Position numbers and translations under genes: made by a program
From: Octopus vulgaris
Taxonomy: Eukaryota
Assembly (NCBI GenBank): GCA_951406725.2
Contig: OX597830.1
Coordinates: forward strand, 66,774,001-66,838,000
Direction: 5' to 3'
DNA length: 64,000 nucleotides
The notes under the pieces: generated by a model
The model's input: only the letters and a program-made list of their open reading frames with translations
What the model was told of the DNA's origin: nothing
The model's database searches: none
In this document: piece by piece, positions 56,950-64,000 of the stretch
Numbering within the stretch: the first letter of the stretch is position 1
Layout of the letters: each line of letters starts with the position of its first letter

Positions 56950-57255
56950 ACGTAATCACATGACCGACCAGACCATCAGATGTTGTTACACATCGCTGGT
57001 CACAATGCGTTCGCATTGTTTTAGCCTTCGAATGAGGCCACCCCGCTGGCTAAGCGAGCAGGCCAATAGAAGAAAGAGTGAGAGAAACAGTGGTGAAAGA
57101 GTACAGCAGGGATCACCACCCCCTGCCGGAGCCTCGTGGAGCTTTTAGGTGTTTTCGCTCAATAAACACTCACAACGCCCAGTATGGGAATCGAAACCGC
57201 GATTCTATGACCGCGAGTCCGCTGCCCTAACCACTGGGCCATTGTGCCTCCACAC
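56950..57255 (-). mobile_element. tRNA-derived SINE family E
   Basis: Minus-strand head ggaggcacaatggcccagtggttagggcagcggactcgcgg...ggtttcgattccc; related pieces at about 10595-10850 (-) and 37057-37180 (+). Confidence 0.75.
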
Positions 57256-57329
57256 CTGTAATATACTAAGATTTTAGCTATGCTATTCCTAACATTTTTT
57301 GCTTATGGAATCATCCTTTTGTCGTTTAA

Positions 57330-57550
57330 CCCTTTTGTTACTGAATTTATTTTGAGATGCTCTGTGTTTCTTTCAATTACATTTAAATATAACAAAGAAT
57401 TTAGAAAAATAGCTTAGTAATTATTAAGCTTGTGTTAGGAACATAAATTGTGACTAAGGTTTGGTGAAAGATTTCAATTCAGAACTTTTGAAAGCAAGAC
57501 ATTTGTACTCAGAGCTAGAGCTGGTTTCAGCCGGGTTGGTAACAAAAGAG
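57330..57550. mobile_element. piggyBac-type MITE, same family as 35922-36141, opposite orientation
   Basis: TTAA-CCCTTTTGTTAC ... GGTAACAAAAGAG-TTAA; the interior is the reverse complement of the 35922 copy. Confidence 0.85.
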
Positions 57551-57580
57551 TTAAACACTTTTTTTTTTTCCATATTTCAG

Positions 57581-57698
57581 ACATTGGTGATAAATTATTT
57601 GAAGTTGCTGGAGTGGAAAACAGTCTGCATGCTGGAATGGTTAGCGGCAAAGTCAGGTCTGGTAATCGATTAGCGCAGACATCTAATCTAAAGATAAA
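57581..57698 (+). CDS. DGKB: DGK exon (D)IGDKLFEVAGVENSLHAGMVSGKVRSGNRLAQTSNLKI(K)
   Basis: atttcag| ... |gtaaga, 118 nt, phase 1 to 2. Confidence 0.96.
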
Positions 57699-57817
57699 GT
57701 AAGACATAAATTTTTATCGTAAAATAATTTCCATTTTTCACATTCTGCTAATTCTACAGCCATATCATTTTCGCTTTAGAACTTTCCTTATTATGATTTT
57801 TTATTTTTATTTTCCAG

Positions 57818-57878
57818 AACTAAAAAACGGGTGCCGATGCAAATTGATGGAGAGCCTTGGGTACAAAATCCTTGTACG
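57818..57878 (+). CDS. DGKB: DGK exon [20 protein letters not shown]
   Basis: tttccag| ... |gtaaga, 61 nt, phase 2 to 0; PMQIDGEPW motif. Confidence 0.97.
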
Positions 57879-57904
57879 GTAAGATTATGATTCTATATCA
57901 ATTC

Positions 57905-58220
57905 TGTTTGTGGCACGTAAAAAGCACCATCCGAATCGTGGCCGAAGCCAGTGCCGCCTCAACTGGCTTCCGTGCAGGTGGCACGTAAGATGCACCAATC
58001 CGACCGTGGCCGATGCCAGCCTTGCCTGGCTCCAGTGCAGGTGGCACATAAAAAGCACCCACTACACTCACGGAGTGGTTGGCATTAGGAAGGGCATCCA
58101 GCTGTAGAAACATTGCCAGATAAGACTGGAGCCTGGTGCAGCCTTCTGGCTTCCCAGATCCCCGGTCGAACCGTCCAACCCATGCTAGCATGGAGAACAG
58201 ACGTTAAACGATGATGATGA
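57905..58220 (+). mobile_element. Retroposon family C 3' portion
   Basis: Ends ...ggagaacagacgttaaacgatgatgatga; reverse complement of the 36288 copy. Confidence 0.8.
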
Positions 58221-58582
58221 ATCTTCTTTTATGCCTAACAATCTTAAGTTATTTTCAGAGGGCCTTATTCAAGGCAAGTAATTTGACCTGAGATGGTGGG
58301 TTAAAACTGAAACAATTGCAGCATGGAAGACCCATAGCCACACAAAAACTCACAAAAGAATCTTTAAACATCACTTAAGCATTCAACAGCATACCTGATC
58401 GCTGACAAGATTACACTACCTCTATTTTGTGGGTTTGTTGGTTGCTATGTATATGTATGTATGTATGCATGTGTATATATAATATATATAAGGATAAGAT
58501 CGTTATTTAAATACTGATCTTATCAGGTGGCCAGCTTCGCAGCTTGGGAATAAAAACCTTCAAAGATAATAATTATTATTAA

Positions 58583-58839
58583 AATTATAATTTAGGGTAT
58601 CTAAGAGATACCTCCATGCTGGAAAAATCAGCCAAAACTTGACTCTAAAACCACATTAAATGTTCATACAGCACCAGGAGAAAAGACAAAGAGACTAAAT
58701 AAACTAGTTTTTTGCTAGTTTATTTTGTCCTTTTGTCTTCTCTCCTGGTGCTGTATGAACATTTAATGTGGTTTTAGAGTCAAGTTTTGGCTGCTATTTC
58801 CAGCATGGTGGTATTTCTTAGATACCCTAAATCATAATT
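58583..58839. repeat. Long fold-back palindrome, about 125-bp arms, 7-nt loop at 58708-58714
   Basis: cagccaaaacttgactctaaaaccacattaaatgttcatacagcaccaggaga is a perfect reverse complement of the right arm. Confidence 0.92.
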
Positions 58840-59962
58840 ATATATATATATATACTCTTTTACTTCTTTCAGTCATTTTGACTGCGGCCATGCTGGAGCA
58901 CCACTTTTAGTCGAGCAAATCAACCCCAGGACTTATTCTTTTTAAACCTAGTACTTATTCTATCGGTCTCTTTTGCTGAACCGCTAAGTTACGGGGGACA
59001 TAAACACACCACCATCAGTTGTTAAGCAATATTGGGGGGGGGGGGACAAACACAGACACACAAGCATATATATACACACACACACGCACATATACGATGG
59101 GCTTGTTTCAATTTCTGGCTACCAAATGCACTCGGCCTGAGGCTATAGTAGAAGACACTTACTTGCCCAAGGTGCCACGGAGTGGGAATGAACCCAGAAC
59201 CATGTGGTATGAAGTATACTCTATGAAGTATCCATCCAGGATAGACAAGCATACCTCAGGAGGCTTCAAACTTGTATTTCATAGATAATGGCTCTTCTTT
59301 CCATAAACAGCTTGTTTACAGATTTGCATGGTTCTCTAAGCTTTTGATATATAGCTGTATGGTCAACAAGTTTGCATGACTACTATGTGGTTTGGAGTTC
59401 AATACCACAGCACTACAGCCTTTTACAAGAGCCCTGGTCTAAATAGTATGTCCATGTTGAAGTAAATTTTCTGCTGAACTCTAAGGCTGAGTTTAATGTT
59501 GAACTCTAAGACCAAGTTTATCTTTGTATTGCAACTATATGGTTTGGGGTTTTACTATACCTGATGCCTTGTGAGTAAATTAAGTGGATGGAGACTAGTT
59601 CTCTCCCTTCCCTTAATTGTCAAAAATTTTTATTAACGCTAATGATTGTTATTCTCACGATGAATATAGTTCCAAGTGATTAAAAATTCATTTTGGTTCA
59701 CGGTACTAGATACATTTGCCTGCACTTAAACCCATATTCTTCATCCTGAAGGCATTCCTGAGAAATTTTCTGCTAACCAAACTGTAGATATGATGTACAA
59801 TTAATTTCCAGAGTAACTGCTCATTATTCTTTAAATAACTTCTATGCAATTTCATTGTAACTCCAAAACTGTATGTATTATATAGATGTTAATGATTTTT
59901 TTTTTTGTCTAAATTTCATATTTCAATTGCCTTCTGAAGTCATATTGTCTTTCATTCTTCAG

Positions 59963-60049
59963 ATAATCATAAGTCATAAAAACCAAGCACCAATGCTCAT
60001 GGGACCGAAAGATAAGGTTCCTACTGGATTCCTTAAAATTTTCCGATGA
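59963..60049 (+). CDS. DGKB: DGK last coding exon IIISHKNQAPMLMGPKDKVPTGFLKIFR*
   Basis: ttcttcag| phase 0, TGA at 60047-60049; HKNQAPMLMGP motif of type I DGKs. Confidence 0.95.
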   Translation: MIISHKNQAPMLMGPKDKVPTGFLKIFR

Positions 60050-60766
60050 ATAATATCAGGTATGGTAGCCAGGTTATTTTCTTTCTTGTATTTTTTCTTC
60101 CTATTTTTATTTCATCATCATCATGATCATGATCATCATCATCATTGTTGTAATATGCTTGGATAGCCACATAGACTTCTGGAAGAGAATACTGAAGCAG
60201 CATATTCTAAAGCAGTTGCCTGTATATTCCAAAATATTCACATCTCTTTCATTACTCGCTGTATCTTTTACTTGCTTCAGTCACTGAACTGCAGCCATGG
60301 TGGTAGACTGCTTAGATGTGCGTTTATCAAACGAATCAATCCCAGTACCTATTTTCCTTTAAAGTTTGCTGCTTTCTCAATCACTCCCTTTTGCAAAAAC
60401 CACAAAAATTTCAGTGGGGTGTAAACAAACCAACACCACTTGTCAAGTGGTGGGAGAGAGGAATAGACACAAACAGAATGACAAACACTCACACACACAC
60501 ACGCATATACATACAGGCAAACAATTGTTATGCAGAGTTGTCAAAATAGAATGTATCATAGAAATAAGTGAGCAAGAAGATAGTCTTTTACAGCTGTTTC
60601 CAGAATAGACGTGCATATGGTGTATTTCCCAGCAGACGAAGACAAGCTTTCCATATAGTAGTAGACTATTCCATCGTGAGAGGAAAAAATTTAAGGTAAA
60701 TCCTTAATAGAGAGTTTTAGGAATTAGCAGTTCCATCATTAAAGAGAGTGAAGCAATCTCTACTGT

Positions 60767-60809
<43 letters not shown>

Positions 60810-60822
60810 ATATATATATATG

Positions 60823-60930
<108 letters not shown>

Positions 60931-61959
60931 TATACATGATGGGCTTCTTTCTCTCAGTTTCTGTTCATCAAATCCGTTCACTTGAGTTTAGTAGAAGACA
61001 CCTGCCCAAAATGCTTTGGAGTGGGACTGAACCCGAAACCTTGTGGTTGGGAAGTAAACTTCTTGCCACATGGCTTTGCTGGAGCAGTATCTATAAGAGT
61101 TTTTAGTTGATTGCATCAAGCTCACTGCTTTAGTTCTTAATTCATCGTTTATTCCAAGACAGGCAATGAAAATGGCAACACAGATATAAAGGGAGACAAC
61201 ACAGTAATGTCTGACAATATATAGGTTCTCCACACACACACACACACACACACACACTCATATACGTAGCTGATGATGATGGTTCCCTGCTTATGGTGTG
61301 TGTTTTCATTCTTCCAGTTTCACCTCTCTGCATTATCTCATTCCCCCCCCACCAAATTTTTGCAGAACACTATATAAAATTTCAATAAAACATTATATAA
61401 AAGTTTGCCAGACTCGTCTGGCACGTAAAAAGCACCCACTACACTCATGGAGTGGTTGGCGTTAGGAAGGGCACGTAAAAAGCACCCACTACACTCATGG
61501 AGTGGTTGGCGTTAGGAAGGGCATCCAGCCGTAGAAACATTGCCAGATCAGACTGGGCCTGGTGCAGCCTTCTGGCTTTCCAGACCCCAGTTAAACCGTC
61601 CAACCCATGCTAGCATGAAAAGCGGACGCTAAACGATGATGGTTAAAAAAAAAGGTTAAGTTACCATTTCGAGTCATGTAAACTCATAGCAGTCATTCTC
61701 CCGGTTTCCATGACATTTAAATTCCTCATCTGGACAGGACATTAGTCCGTCGCAGGATTACTCATTTTTGCCAGCTGAGTGGACTGGAGCAATGTGAAAT
61801 GAAGTGTTTTGCTAAAGTACACAATGCATCACCCAGTCCAGGAATTGAAACCACACCCTTATGATCAGGAGTCCAACACCCTGACCATTAAGCCATATGC
61901 TTCCACTAGACAAAAGTTGGGTTAGAGCTGGTGCTAGAAAGAGAATTTTATATATATAC

Positions 61960-62174
61960 TCTCTTTACTCTTTTACTTGTTTCAGTCATTTGACTGCGGC
62001 CATGCTGGAGCACCGCCTTTAGTCGAGTAAATCGACCCCAGGACTTATTCTATGTAAGCCCAGTACTTATTCTATCGGTCTCTTTTGCCGAACCGCTAAG
62101 TGACGGGGACGTAAACACACCAGCATCGGTTGTCAAGCAATGCTAGGGGGACAAACACAGACACACAAACACAG

Positions 62175-62209
<35 letters not shown>

Positions 62210-62385
62210 CATACATATATACGAGGGGCTTCTTTCAGTTTCCGTCTACCAAATCCACTCACAAGGCTTTGGTCGGCCCGAGGCTATAGTAGAAGACACT
62301 TGCCCAAGGTGCCACGTAGTGGGACTGAACCCGGAACCATGTGGTTGGTAAGCAAGCTACTTACCACACAGCCACTCCTGTGCCT
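61960..62385 (-). mobile_element. SINE family B, full length
   Basis: Reverse complement of 52994-53392. Confidence 0.85.
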
Positions 62386-62833
62386 ATATATATATTATAA
62401 TTTAGAAACAGTAAAAGATTGTCATTAAAGTACTCGGAGTTTCGAATGTCAGAGCAAAGAGCTATAATACATTCATGTCAGCTATTAATGGCAACCGTTT
62501 ACTGTTTGTTCTAACTTATGACATATAAATAATGCTCTATTTCTCTAATATTGATGTCTCATTCTTTTGTTTTTTCATTTTATTAGTATTATTATTATAT
62601 ATATATGTATATCATCATCATCATCATCATCATCGTTTAACGTCCGTTCTCCATGCTAGCATGGGTTGGACGGTTCGACTAGGGATCTGGGAAGCCAGAA
62701 GGCTGCACCAGGCTCCGGTCTTATCTGGCAAAGTTTCTACAGCTGGATGCCCTTCCTAACTGTAGAAACTTTGCCAGATAAGACCGGAGCCTGGTGCAGC
62801 CTTCTGGCTTCCCAGATCCCTGGTCGAACCGTC

Positions 62834-62855
62834 TATATAATATATACATATATAT

Positions 62856-62890
<35 letters not shown>

Positions 62891-63286
62891 CTTACATATA
62901 AGAGAACAAAGTGTACGTACGCCGCTATATATATATACAAATACAAAATGGGACGAGAACGCAAAACATCCAGAAGACGATACAAAAACACCGACGGGTC
63001 ATTCAAAGCTTTTAATCTTCAGTCAAGAACTGGATCATCCGCGCAAATTCGGCTGATTAATCTTGAGATTGCTCCAATCTGGTCAGCCCCAAGGAAAAAC
63101 TAAGCTAAGAGCATTAGATTTCTTGGAAAGAGATTCGAATGTATACGAAACAAGGATGGAAAAACGGACAATGTTACACGAATATAAATACATAAATAAT
63201 ATGAAAAACAATAATAATGATAATAACAGGACATCACATCAGGCGTCTTTCAACTGGAAACGAATTGAATTCAGCTAGCGTATTAG
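62834..63286. mobile_element. Insertion with 8-bp target-site duplication into a family C copy
   Basis: GAACCGTC at 62826-62833 and 63287-63294; the host SINE sequence resumes exactly after the second copy. Confidence 0.7.
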
Positions 63287-63342
63287 GAACCGTCCAACCC
63301 ATGCTAGCATGGAAAACGGATGTTAAATGATGATGATGATGA

Positions 63343-63384
<42 letters not shown>

Positions 63385-63522
63385 TACTTTTATTAAAGCT
63401 GCAAAATTATCTCAGAACTGTTAGTCAGGGTTTTATGATCCTGTTCAGCAAACAGATTTGATAATACTCTACCTTGGTATTCAAGTACTATTTTTTCACC
63501 TTGTTTTGCTCATCTGTGTATG

Positions 63523-63554
<32 letters not shown>

Positions 63555-63588
63555 TGTATGTATGTATGTATGTATGCATGTCTGTATG

Positions 63589-63629
<41 letters not shown>

Positions 63630-63819
63630 GATAGATCGTTAGCTCCTACACGCATTTTTTTCTCTCCTTGTTTTTTTTCTGTGTATCTTTCTGTCGAAGA
63701 GCATAGGCTCGAAACGTAAAAGACTTGTTTTATTTCTATTCCTGAGTGCCATACTAATACATTTGTTTGTTTGTACTCCACCTGCCTTCGTCTTTTGTTT
63801 ATTTTCGTAAACCTTCCCG

Positions 63820-63863
<44 letters not shown>

Positions 63864-64000
63864 ATAATAATATGTGACCTCACGAGTACCACTGGCGATT
63901 TTAATCCTCTGTCTTCCCTTCTCAGGATCTTTCCTTCTCCTATGTTTCCGACGAAGAGCTCTGCTCGAAATGTTAAACCCTCCTTCTTCCCTTCTTTCCT

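Overview
AT-rich, microsatellite- and SINE-dense animal genomic DNA. The repeat families resemble those I associate with octopus/coleoid cephalopod genomes (inference, no search run). One real gene is present: the 3' part of a type I (alpha/beta/gamma-like) diacylglycerol kinase on the + strand. I assembled 11 GT-AG exons by hand (41454-60049, 1137 nt, 378 aa plus stop, all phases consistent) encoding the complete catalytic and accessory domains. A probable upstream hinge exon lies at 1160-1222, about 40 kb away, with candidate small cassette exons and microexons between. The rest is intronic or 3' flank: at least five SINE-like families, RTE and R4/Dong LINE fragments, Penelope-like fragments, piggyBac/hAT/Tc1 MITEs and large simple repeats. 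Almost all supplied ORFs are microsatellite or SINE artefacts. The most notable unannotated signals are (i) about a dozen minimal type-I hammerhead-ribozyme-like motifs, several in inverted pairs that form long hairpins, (ii) several long fold-back structures in the pre-mRNA, and (iii) candidate frame-preserving microexons in the DGK hinge.
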